Source of the DNA: Cyanidioschyzon merolae
Lineage: Eukaryota
Reading direction: 5' to 3' (one strand)
DNA: 64,000 bases
Assembly (NCBI GenBank): GCA_000091205.1
Contig: AP006500.2
Shown: piece by piece, positions 42,488-53,400 of the stretch
Numbering within the stretch: the stretch's first letter is position 1
Layout: each line of letters opens with the position of its first letter
Made by a program: the position numbers and the translations under genes
Notes under the pieces: model-generated
Told to the model about the DNA's origin: nothing
Databases searched by the model: none
The model's input: only the letters and a program-made list of their open reading frames with translations

Positions 42488-43797
42488 CGGTTATACCCCA
42501 GCATATTCTGCACTCGTGTGACCATGAGGCGCTCAGAGACTTGTGCCAGTGCTCAAGCTGCAGACTCGCAAGGACGATCGCCCGCCAGTGTATGCCGCAA
42601 CCACATCATCACCGCCAGGTGCTAAGAGACTGCATTCTGGAGCGCAATGCAGTAGGCAACGGAGATGGTGCGCACTGAGCTAGTCCTGAGCGCGCGCCTG
42701 TCTCCCAGCAATAGCGTCTTCGGTAGCTCGGAAGAGTCGGTGTTTCCTTCCAACTTGTGTATCCCTCCGGATTCTAATCGTACCGACAGGGTACGCGCGC
42801 AGCATCCGCATCTCCATGGAAATGCGTACATACCTGCACTCATTTCTCCAGTAGTATCAACGTATATGTGAGACTCTACATGCCGAATTCGTTTGTACAG
42901 AAGCCGCTTGCGCTTATGCAGGATTGCTCAGCTCTAGCGCAGCAGTATACATGAGGCTTGGAGCGCTCGCCGCGTTGCACACTGCTGAAAATCGTTTTCC
43001 GTATGCCGTTGACACAAGCCAATGCGTGAAGCGTGCACCTGGCCTGCGGTAGCTGGTGGTCAGTGCACAGCATCTGGAGCAAGTGCTCTGGTGCAGGCGA
43101 GTGACCTGCTCGGGTTCTTGACGAGAAACAAAGCAGGAATCGGTTGGCGCCGAGGGTCCGCCAGGTGCCGTATCTGGCACACTTGTATCCGTGTAAATTG
43201 TTTAGAACTCAGAGACTATTTTCGTTACATAGCAATTGAACTCGAAGCGGCCTGCAATTTTTTTTGTTGACCTAAGCGGTGGTACGTTACACCAGACTCC
43301 GCACGACGCTGCAAGGTGTGTCGAGCACAGCTCCGTGCACTATCAACGCGCTTACGCAACTGTTTTGCCACGCACTTGAACACGTATCCTAACACCCAAA
43401 TTGGTTCTCACAGACCGGAATTTTTTCACCGCCTGCATCTACATCGCCACACACGTACACAAAAGCCGACACCGAGGCACTGCGGCAGCTCGAACTGTGT
43501 GCCTCTGGGTGGCGTTTCCGTGAGGCCGCAGGTACCACGTTCGTTCACTTTCTGAAACCTATCAGGATCTCCATATTAGCTCGGTTTCACGTCCAACTAC
43601 TCGTCGTCCGCGTGATCCGAACCTGTGAAAAACCAAGTTCAGGCGCAGTCTGCACCACCTGTTGAGACAGCAACCTGTCGATGCCTGTTCCCGTTTCGCT
43701 GACGCCGAGTACAATACTGCTCTCTCGACGAGTGCCGAACGTCGTTTTTGCTTAGTCGGGATACTTGTTCCAGGGTTGCTTCTAGTTAAGGCGCAAC

Positions 43798-46700
43798 ATG
43801 GGTGTACCGCGTTTCTACAGATGGCTTTCAGAGCGCTACCCGCTGATTAACGGCCCCGTCTCACGGTCAAACGCGCCGCCAGTCGACAACTTCTACCTGG
43901 ACATGAACGGCATCCTGCATAACTGCGCTCGCTCTGCAGAGAACCCGCTCGGTGGACGCTCGGACGAGGACATCTACTGGGAGTCTTGCAACTACATTGA
44001 TATGCTGGTCACGCTCATTCAACCCAAGCGTCTTCTGTTTCTTGCAGTTGACGGTGTTGCTCCGCGGGCTAAGATGAACCAACAGCGCGCACGCCGCTAC
44101 CGGGCAGCAACCGCGCTAGAGAAAGTGGCTGAGACGAGCCACCAACGCGGCAACACGACCCAGCGGCTGCGTACAGAGTCAGAGGCCGGGCCTGATCGAG
44201 TGTTCGACTCCAACTGCATCACGCCGGGTACCACTTTTATGCACGGCTTGTCGCGGGCGCTCCTGTACTACGTAGCAGTTAAACTGGAGAGCGACCGCTC
44301 CTGGCAGGATCTTGAAGTGATCGTTAGTGGTGCTGAGGTCCCCGGTGAAGGTGAACATAAGATCATGGAATACATACGCCAACTCAAGGAGCAGAAGCGC
44401 ATGCCGCCGAACACGCGTCACTGCATCTATGGGCTCGACGCTGATCTCATCTTCCTGGGACTGGTGACCCATGAGCCTCATTTTTTCCTCCTCAGAGAGA
44501 AAATAGACTTTCAAGCTGCTTTTCGTAAGGTGCGGTTTGAGAAGGTCACGGCAACGAAAATGGATCGCGATATTCGTGGCGATTTCGAACTGCTGAGTTT
44601 GGGGATCCTGCGCGAGTACCTCAGTCTCGAGTTCGCGTATCTCGAAAAGAGACTACCGGCCGGCGTTTACAATCTGGAGCGCATCATCGATGACTTTGTG
44701 TTTGTGGCCTTTCTAGTGGGCAATGATTTTATGCCGCATTCGCCTACACTGGAGATTCGCGAAGGTGCACTGAACTCGATTCTTTTTCTTTATAAGGAAT
44801 TGTTGCCGCGCTTTGGAGGCTATCTGACGGAGGCAACCGGCAAGGCTAGGAACCCAAAGTTGATCAACTTTGATCGCGTTGAGATTCTGTTGTCGAAACT
44901 GGGCCTGCTTGAGTCGTACATTCTCGAGAAGCGGGCGACAGTTGGCACCCGCGGCACCGCCTTTATCTGGGGCACCGACAGTCCGAACGATCATACGGCG
45001 ATCTGGGGGTTTTCCAGTGAGCCGACTGCAGCAGCGACGGCATCGAAGAAGCAGCGAAGCCCGTCATGTACCACAGATCCTACGCGAGCAAGTCTTGCCC
45101 ATGCAAACAACCCGGATCCGGATTCGGAAGCACCTAGCAGTTCGCCAGCAGACGCTGCAGCATCCGTTGCACCCGAGCGCTCCCCGGGTAACGGCGATGC
45201 AGCAGAGCTGGAGCCCGAGATACCTCTCTGGGATGAGGAGGCACTGGCGGTTGCGCTGGAGGACGCAGCTGACGCTCAGAAGCTGCAACGCATGCTTTCG
45301 TACAAGCGCCGCTATTATCACGAAAAGCTTGGTATCGATTACGATCACGACGCCGCTGCTGTACGCCGCATTTGCCGTTCGTACCTGGAGGCGATTGTCT
45401 GGACCCTGGAATACTACTTGAACGGTGTGGCGTCGTGGCGATGGTTCTATCCCTATCATTATGCACCATTCTGCAGCGACATGGTTGGTCTACAAGCGCT
45501 TGCTCAAGAAATTCGTTTGGAGCAAGGGACACCGTTTCTTCCTCTGCAACAATTGTTGGCAGTCCTGCCGCCGCGGAGTGCTTGGTGCTTGCCCCCCGCC
45601 TACGCGAAGCTCATGACCGACACTTCGTCACCGCTGGCGGATCTGTACCCGTCGCAGGTGGCCATTGACATGCAGGGCAAGCGAAACGAATGGGAAGGGA
45701 TCGTACTGCTTCCATTTATGGACGAAAATCGACTGTTCGCGGCATTGGCCAGTGTACCGCCTGACGCGCTAACGCCTACGGAACAGGAACGGAACCATCT
45801 GGGATCCTGTATTCTTCTTCGATATCGGCCGCAGGAAGGCACCAGTAACGAGCACATGGACGCTGTGCTGTCTGCCGCATCAGGTATAGGGAGTTCCCCG
45901 TTCCCGAGTCGCATGGCCCGTTCTCTGAGCGCCTGCGTCCAAATGGAGTCGCTTTCTCTGCAACACGAGCGAGGATTCGTTCCGCGGTTACCGCCGGGCA
46001 CCAGGCCAGCAGCAGACAAGGCAGTTGGTCATCCGTCGTTACTGCGGCGCGACGTTACGCATTGTTTCGAGAATGTTGCGATTGACGTGTTCGGCGTACC
46101 GAGCAGACTGGAAAGCTGCATCATATGCATGGAGACCCCGCAGGCGTGGCATGAGGCACACGCTGCGCAAGCCTGTGCGAACGCTTTCTTATCCGGGGTA
46201 GCTGATGCTGGTGCTGCTGTTAGTAGTCTTGACCAGAGCCGAACCGGCCTCATGGTACCGGTGCATATGGGTTTCCCCTGGCAGAGTCCAGCACTGCTGG
46301 AAGCGGTGGAAAGCGCCACCGAACGAGTGACCTGGGACGCCAACAAAGCGCTGATCATCGAGAGAAATGACCCGCAGCGTTTCCGTCAGACGGATACAAC
46401 TTTATTGGCCGAACTACTGCAGCGACGAGGTATCTGCCTGGATAAGAATAGCCTGCACGGTCGAGTTCGACGCATTGTTGAGATCGCTGCGGGTGGCGGT
46501 GTCACCGATGCCGCTACCGCGGAGTCATTCCCGCTGGAGCTGATCGAAGCTATCGATTCGAAGGAAGGAAACGAAGCGAGTTCGTCAACGGAGCTCAAGC
46601 CCGGAGACACTGTCATATACGTCGGCAGGCGACATGGAGAGAATGCTCGCTACTTTGGTTGCCGGGCTCAGGTTGTCGCGATACGCGCTGCAAAACTCGC

Positions 46701-48381
46701 TCGCAAGCGCAAACAGGCCTCAGACGACCAAGTGGATACGCAGGTGGTGATTCGCGTGTTGGAGCCTCCTTTAGTGCCGATTCCGGCCCTGAAAGAAATC
46801 GTGGCTCGGAACGATGCCGTACAGTACGCACCGTTGCCTGTCGCATTGCGACGTGCTGGATTGGAAGGCGTCATTTCTCTGCGTTTTGCCGGCATGCTCA
46901 CGGGCAAGGTGCGCTGTCGGATTCCCAAACACGAACGATTCGGTGATTTGCTCGAAGTCAATCTGGGACTAGGTCTCCGTTTCAAGCGGGAAAAGCTTGT
47001 TGTGCCCGGCTATGTCGTGTATCGCCCAGTGCAGGAGAGGCCCGCGGGCGGTACCACCGCCGGAAACGCCCCACAGGCCAGCGAGGGCACCTTTCTCTTT
47101 GCACCCGAGCCGACTGCGCGACTCTTGCGTTCGTACCACGAAACGTTCCCGGGACTGTTGGAAAGAATGGACGAGATTGTTACAAAGCGAGGTGACGGCG
47201 ACCTGGTGCTGAAGGCAGTGGAGCTCTTTGGTACAGCCCAATGGCCCGATATGGTTGCTCGCATCCAGACCTTCCTGCGGTCGCTGGAGAGCGCGCGTTT
47301 GCCCCTAGTGCGCGTGACGTCGCGAGTGCTCACTCAGGACATTGTCACCGATATTCAGACGCAGATCCAGCGTATTGCCTGCGAACGCTCTGCATCGTTT
47401 CCCGCCGAAACCCCACCGGTGGAAGCCGCAACGCCACCCACTGCTCCAACGCTCGTGTGTCTGCGTTCGGAGGTGTTGCCGGGTTTTCCGGCAGTGGCGA
47501 CGTCCACGTCCGGCTTGGTGACACCCTTTTCAGCTTACGAGCTCGGCGATCGCGTTCTGTATGTAGGACGTAGTGGTGCTGTTCCGTTTGGCGCTCGAGG
47601 TGTCGTTGTTGGTATTCATCCACCAAGCAGAGAAGTGGATGTTGTTTTCGATCAGGATTTTATAGGCGGAAGCGATCTGCAGGGAAGATGTAGAGGATGT
47701 GCGGGTAAGACACTCGATGCGGAGACTACGCTGCTGAACCTCTCGCGCCTACCAAGCGAGCATCGCTCAAGTCAACCTACAAAGAGCGCACACCCGGTGC
47801 CCGTAGCGCGACAGCGTGATGCTCCGTTGCGGAAGATGCCACGAGCGCCTCCTTCGGAGCGCACACACTCAGAGAAGCGCCACGAACGCGTCCAAGTTCG
47901 TGGTAATGCTGGAGTGCGCACTGCCGACTTGTTACCGGGTACGTCACGTGCTACGGTCGATGCGCATCACCGGCAGTCACTGAATACATCGACGGGTAGC
48001 TCGAAAGATACAACTCGGCGTCGTGCTGGTCGACGCGAGCCCCACGAAGTGCGATCGTCGCACCAGGGTGACGGTAAGCGAGCCGCTGACGCCGGACGCT
48101 TCCGAACGCGACCGCAAGGATCTCCTCCAAGTAGGCAGGACGCACACCGCGCAACACCCGCAGGGCATACACACATGTCAGGTGCCGGTGCCAGTACCGC
48201 AACGCTCTCTATTCCGGTGTCGGCTGACAGCCAAGTGCATGGAGCTGTCGTCGGTCAGAGCGCTTCGTCGCCACATCGTGCACAAGTGGCTGAGGAGATG
48301 TCCCTGTACCTGAAGCAGCTCTTGCGGATCGATGGACAGGGCGTGGTGCCACCACCGCCACCCTCAGCTAGGCACACCTAA
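43798..48381 (+). CDS. 5'-3' exoribonuclease of the XRN family (XRN1-like length, 1527 aa) with a long low-complexity basic/RS-rich C-terminal extension
   Basis: N-terminus MGVPRFYRWLSERYPLIN ... NFYLDMNGILHNC ... LLFLAVDGVAPRAKMNQQRARRY ... GEGEHKIMEYIR ... HCIYGLDADLIFLGL carries the canonical XRN catalytic-domain motifs. It is one uninterrupted 4.6-kb ORF. Confidence 0.85.
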   Translation: MGVPRFYRWLSERYPLINGPVSRSNAPPVDNFYLDMNGILHNCARSAENPLGGRSDEDIYWESCNYIDMLVTLIQPKRLLFLAVDGVAPRAKMNQQRARRYRAATALEKVAETSHQRGNTTQRLRTESEAGPDRVFDSNCITPGTTFMHGLSRALLYYVAVKLESDRSWQDLEVIVSGAEVPGEGEHKIMEYIRQLKEQKRMPPNTRHCIYGLDADLIFLGLVTHEPHFFLLREKIDFQAAFRKVRFEKVTATKMDRDIRGDFELLSLGILREYLSLEFAYLEKRLPAGVYNLERIIDDFVFVAFLVGNDFMPHSPTLEIREGALNSILFLYKELLPRFGGYLTEATGKARNPKLINFDRVEILLSKLGLLESYILEKRATVGTRGTAFIWGTDSPNDHTAIWGFSSEPTAAATASKKQRSPSCTTDPTRASLAHANNPDPDSEAPSSSPADAAASVAPERSPGNGDAAELEPEIPLWDEEALAVALEDAADAQKLQRMLSYKRRYYHEKLGIDYDHDAAAVRRICRSYLEAIVWTLEYYLNGVASWRWFYPYHYAPFCSDMVGLQALAQEIRLEQGTPFLPLQQLLAVLPPRSAWCLPPAYAKLMTDTSSPLADLYPSQVAIDMQGKRNEWEGIVLLPFMDENRLFAALASVPPDALTPTEQERNHLGSCILLRYRPQEGTSNEHMDAVLSAASGIGSSPFPSRMARSLSACVQMESLSLQHERGFVPRLPPGTRPAADKAVGHPSLLRRDVTHCFENVAIDVFGVPSRLESCIICMETPQAWHEAHAAQACANAFLSGVADAGAAVSSLDQSRTGLMVPVHMGFPWQSPALLEAVESATERVTWDANKALIIERNDPQRFRQTDTTLLAELLQRRGICLDKNSLHGRVRRIVEIAAGGGVTDAATAESFPLELIEAIDSKEGNEASSSTELKPGDTVIYVGRRHGENARYFGCRAQVVAIRAAKLARKRKQASDDQVDTQVVIRVLEPPLVPIPALKEIVARNDAVQYAPLPVALRRAGLEGVISLRFAGMLTGKVRCRIPKHERFGDLLEVNLGLGLRFKREKLVVPGYVVYRPVQERPAGGTTAGNAPQASEGTFLFAPEPTARLLRSYHETFPGLLERMDEIVTKRGDGDLVLKAVELFGTAQWPDMVARIQTFLRSLESARLPLVRVTSRVLTQDIVTDIQTQIQRIACERSASFPAETPPVEAATPPTAPTLVCLRSEVLPGFPAVATSTSGLVTPFSAYELGDRVLYVGRSGAVPFGARGVVVGIHPPSREVDVVFDQDFIGGSDLQGRCRGCAGKTLDAETTLLNLSRLPSEHRSSQPTKSAHPVPVARQRDAPLRKMPRAPPSERTHSEKRHERVQVRGNAGVRTADLLPGTSRATVDAHHRQSLNTSTGSSKDTTRRRAGRREPHEVRSSHQGDGKRAADAGRFRTRPQGSPPSRQDAHRATPAGHTHMSGAGASTATLSIPVSADSQVHGAVVGQSASSPHRAQVAEEMSLYLKQLLRIDGQGVVPPPPPSARHT

Positions 48382-50429
48382 AATCCTGTTTAGACGTCCG
48401 CACACTTCTGCCCTGTTGTGGTTGCGTGCTCGCAATGGATGTTGCAACTCGCCGACCGACAACAAGTCCAGTGCGAACTTTCCGAGATTTCGTGCATCTC
48501 GGTACCCAGGGACGAACGTGATCGCTCGTCGCGGGGTTCTTGGGATCACCAGCTGCGCGGCCGTTATGCTCTGGAGCTTCCGAGTGGGCGGCAGGAGTCA
48601 CCGTTGGCGGTAGTACCGAGCTAGAAAACGGAAACTCGAGTCTAAAAGTATTCACCGAGACTTTGCGTCGTTTTGCTGGTGAGTCCGCCTGAGGGGCATC
48701 CGAATACTCGCGACCTGTAATCACGAAAACAGAAAACAACTTGTCCTCCGGGTTGTCGGTTCCGAGGCGATGTGCTCGCAGAACATGCACGCTTGTTGTT
48801 GCCCGTTGTCACTGGTCGACGGAGAGTTACGTCTTGTATGACGCATGCTTCAGGTTTTCGGTCGCTGTCCTCGTGGGCAACTCGTGGACGCATCCATTGG
48901 TGCCGCTGGATTGATGATGAATGAAAAAAAGAAAATCGACCTTGTCCCTTGGCGACTCAATCACGTACTCATGCCGCTACTCCTCTGAATTTCTCTCACG
49001 AAAACTAATCATTGATCCTGATCGAAATATAAATCCTAATTTCTGTGTTGCCATCCACGGAAAAGCATTCAACAGCAGCATGATACCTCTCAGAGGAGAT
49101 AGATGCCCAGAGGCTCGCCCTCTCTTCTGGTTTCCATGGAAAAACGAAAACGTTCTTGGACTCGGACTTGAGTCATCGCAACGACCACGAACAGTGGAGC
49201 GTGCGTCAATCGTATGTACCAAGGGATCGTGGACGTAAAAAGACAAGTTTCTCGACTGCATCTTCGGTCTGGATTCTCGTTCCGAACCCTGTTTCATGAT
49301 GAGCAACATCGCCGTCAAAAAGTTATTCGTCGCATGGAACCGCCTATGCTTGCCTTTGCAGCAGTCGAGCCCGTTGAATATGAGCGTGTCTGGAACAAGC
49401 CCGTGATCCTCAGATACGACATCGGGCGCCCACAACGAAGCACGGCATCGAGGAGAAACTTCAACGCCGCTCAACAGCATCGATCGGGTGACTGAAGCAA
49501 GCGTTCACGAGCCACAGGACGTCTCGTGAATGACGAGATATATGGTGGATTTATCGCAACTCCAGCCTACCGTGATATGTTATTTGTGCAAAAGACGGAC
49601 GCCCCGTGGCTGTGCGTCAAGATCATGCAAATGGCAAATGAAGCGTCGATCGCAACGTTCGTCTCTTTTTTAGAAAATGTATGGACAACATGCGGAAGCA
49701 GCGAAATCGTGACTTGGACGTATCCGTCGGTACCCTTCGACTGCTGGCAGGGATCTGCGGTGACACCAGACACCTGTGCCTTGAAAGCCCGAAATAACAG
49801 AGGGCACAAAGACGGATTCGCAGAAAAGAATGCCCGCAATGGTCTATGTTGACGTCCTGGACACCGAACGCAAACTATGATGCGCATACACCCGAGTCCG
49901 CTGCATGCACCTGTTCGACTCCATGCCGCCATGATGTTGACGAGGATGGGTCTTACACGGCAGACGCCCTCGGGTTCACCAGTCAATATACACACTGATC
50001 GTCATCGTTGCAGCAGAAGCGGCACTGAATCATCAGTGATGCTCGCCGTGCCTGACCCGTGCGTAGCGCGTGTTGCTTCCAGGCCTGAGTATTGAAACGG
50101 GAGCGCGGTCGAAGGAGAGGTATCGACAAGATGCAGAGTCAGCTCGAGTCTGTTGTATTGGGACTCGCGTGCAAATCGGTTCACCAGCGTTCGATGCGCT
50201 GCGTGACGACGACAGAATCGTTGATGTCGTCGCGAGGTTACGTTCAACCATGCACACACACACAAGGACGCACAGTGTGAAAACCCAGACGCAATAGACA
50301 TGGGAACTGATCGCGCACTCGTGTCTGACGCCCGAGTGCTTTTCGTATGCGCGGAGCGGGTGCGCTGGGTGCACCGTTCACCAAACGTTGCCGTCCTCGG
50401 ACACGGGACGAACACCACTAGCCTTGCTG

Positions 50430-53400
50430 TTAGGTAGTTGCCGGTGCGTGTCGACGCTCCGTAAAACTCAGTGCATCGTCCGCTGCAATGAAGTCCTCTA
50501 GATCTGCATATGGTTCATCAGCACCCTCTTGTCGGAGCACTTGATCAATGTACGCGTTGCGACTGCGCAGATAACATACGCGACGGGTCGACGCTCTGGC
50601 TTTGGTGCATGCTACAGGTGCCTGCTCCCAGTCGGTAAAGATGATCTTCAGCTCGCCGGTAACTAGCCCAGGAGCTGGCGGTGGTGTCGATTTTTGCGTC
50701 GGTGCGTGGTTTGCGAGCCAGCCACAAACCGCGTCCTGGAGCGCCTTGGGCACGTCTTGAAGTTTCTGCTGCAACCTCGCGAGACTGGCGTCTAGCTGGC
50801 GACACTCGGATTCAAATTTCTCCAAGCAGTAGACGAAGCGGGCACAGGCCTGGTTCACGGATCGCGCCGAGGCGCAACGGGCCGGCAGTGCCTCGCGTAT
50901 GGCGTCAGGGCGTATCAGGCGGGCAACTCGTTGTGCAGATGCTCGGGTTCGCTGGAGGAACTCCAGAGCCGACGCCCACTGCACAAGTGGGGGCGCTTGG
51001 TCAGCGTCCGTGAACGACTCCATTTCGGGGGTCTCGTCTCCGCGAGGCCGCTTGCCGCGCTGCTTCACGATACGATCGAGTTGTCTGCGGATCATTTCGC
51101 TCACGCCCTGGAGATAGTGAAGCGCCTGTTGCGAAACAGATGCAAGGCGCATGAAAAGCGCCAGCGGTACCGCTACCGTGCCTGGCGCGAAAAACGACTC
51201 CAAAAGCGTTACAAGTTGTTGCACAGACCGCAGCTCCTGGTCGTTAATCGTGGATGCGCGAGCAACTTGCGTTTTGACGCGAACGCGAGGTAAATGATCG
51301 GCACCAAACTCAACCACAGCCCAGAGTGCAGCCATTCTGGTTTCCTTTGACGCCTGAGCCAGCAGTCGCAGCAATGCGGGCGTGTCTTCGTTGGGCGCTT
51401 CACTTGACGGATCGGCCGACGAACGACACTGCAGGATCAGGTTGGTGCACAGATGGAGCGCGCGCTTCGAGCCTAGCACCAGCAGCAACGGTCGCAAAAG
51501 CAGCCGATGAACGCTAACCTGTGGAATATCGAAATCGAATAAAATACCAAGGAGCTCGTTCTCGATGTACTGGAGCGCCTGCGACTGCGAGTTGTCTTCG
51601 ACACCGCTGCTCGCGGATGCCTGGGACCATTCTCGCGACTGACAAATCAGATGGGCGATCAAGTCCGCATAGATGGAAACGAGTTTCACCGTGAGACCGC
51701 GATGAAAGTCTGCCCGGAGGCGACGCGTCAGGTAGGCGGCAAGCCATTCCAGGCCTGGCGCCTGCGTCAACTTGGTGCTGTCCTGGATCGCGTACAGTTC
51801 GGAGAAGTTGTTCGTGAGCATCAGCCGCAATTGACTTTGTACCTGCGGTACCGCCAGGAACGCGGCGACCTGATGGACAGGCCATTTGGGCAAAATCGCA
51901 GCGATAAAGTCCAAGGCGTGCGTTTTGAGCCAGAGCTCTGCAGACGCCGGACGACACTGAAGTTCAATCGAATCGCGAACTACTGAGGAGCACGCGAGAT
52001 CGAGCGACAGGAACGCGCACTGCAGGGAGGTTTTTCCTGCTGGCACTTCATCGGACGCATTGGCGGGAGCGATAACGAGCCTGCGCAATGCCTCCACGAT
52101 TCCCTGGTATAACCAGCTAGGCCAGACACGATTGTTCACAAAGTAGTCACCTGTACCGCGAAGATCCCAGAAGTATGTTTCAATGTCCAGATGACGCCGA
52201 AGGATTCGAAAGAGCGATGCAGCGCCGTGCGCAGACCTGCATACCTGAAGCAACTGAATCGCTCGAGCTGCGCTCAGCGCCGGCACAATACGTACCCAAG
52301 CGAGCATATCATGCATAAAACCTCCAGCTTCACCGTCTTGTCGGGAAGAGGCATAGGCTAGGTCAGAGGCTGCCTCGGCTGCACTCACCGTGGCCGGTGT
52401 CCACAGCACGATCCGACGGGGATCTTGAAGAACCTCTCGAGCGACCGAACGAGCACCAGTGACGTAATCCTCTCCCGCGGTTGGTTCATGATCGGTTTCT
52501 GGAACGACATGCTGCTGACGTTGACGCGTGACAGCGTTCGCGAGAATGGGCAATATGGCCTCACACAAGTGCATCAGCTGACCATAAGTCTCGAGCAGAG
52601 TCTGCTGTTCTGTCTGCGATGAGCGGCCGACGTCCAGCAAGGTTTCGTAGCATGTGGCGAGCATTTTCAAGCGACTATCCGCGACTTGAATTCGTGTCAG
52701 TGGAGCGAGCCATTGCTCGGTAGATGCCTTCCGTTCCAAGAGGAGGTCGAGAGCCAGCATCCGCAAAACTGTCGGCGCATTTGATAGATCACTGACGAGG
52801 GTGCTCAGAAAGGAACGCAGGAAATTTGTGGAAACGTCGGCCTGGAATGAAGTCGCGGCCTGTTGCGATGTCATGGCGGGTGTACATGCCGCATCACCGG
52901 CTTCCGAAGCATATCCGGTCAATGGCACTGCATGGATGCAACGCAGGAGTTCAGGCAGCGCCTCCGTTGCGACACCAGCTGCGTGGAAGCATCGATGAAG
53001 ATCCAGATGCGGTGTCGAGACCAAAGTTGATCCCCGGGGCGTTTCCGTGGACACTGCCTCGATGCATCGGGCAAGAGATTCCCTCCAGACACTGATGGTA
53101 GCGTGGCGAAGCACCCGACCTCGCAGGGCGCTGCCAATGGCTAACAATATTTCAGCTCGCAGCGGCTCCGGCGCCATATTCAACGTCCTCAGGAGGAGCT
53201 GGCTGGTCTCGATTTCCGCAGACTCTGTCAGATACGGAGACACAAGAAAACAGGCGAGTCCATGCGCAGCGATGCGTCGTGCACGAATGGCCCGCGAACA
53301 AGCCAGCTTACGGAGAAAGATGAGCAATCCGTCACCCATAGGCTGCCAGAGCGCTCCCAGCGGTGCCAATGCCGCTAGAATGCGCTTTGCGAGAGATATC

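Noticed and set aside
48900-49900. AT-richer stretch with short ORFs between the convergent XRN and 1529-aa genes, considered as another mobile-element relic
   Set aside because: No recognisable coding motif or repeat structure. It could simply be 3' UTR or intergenic sequence.
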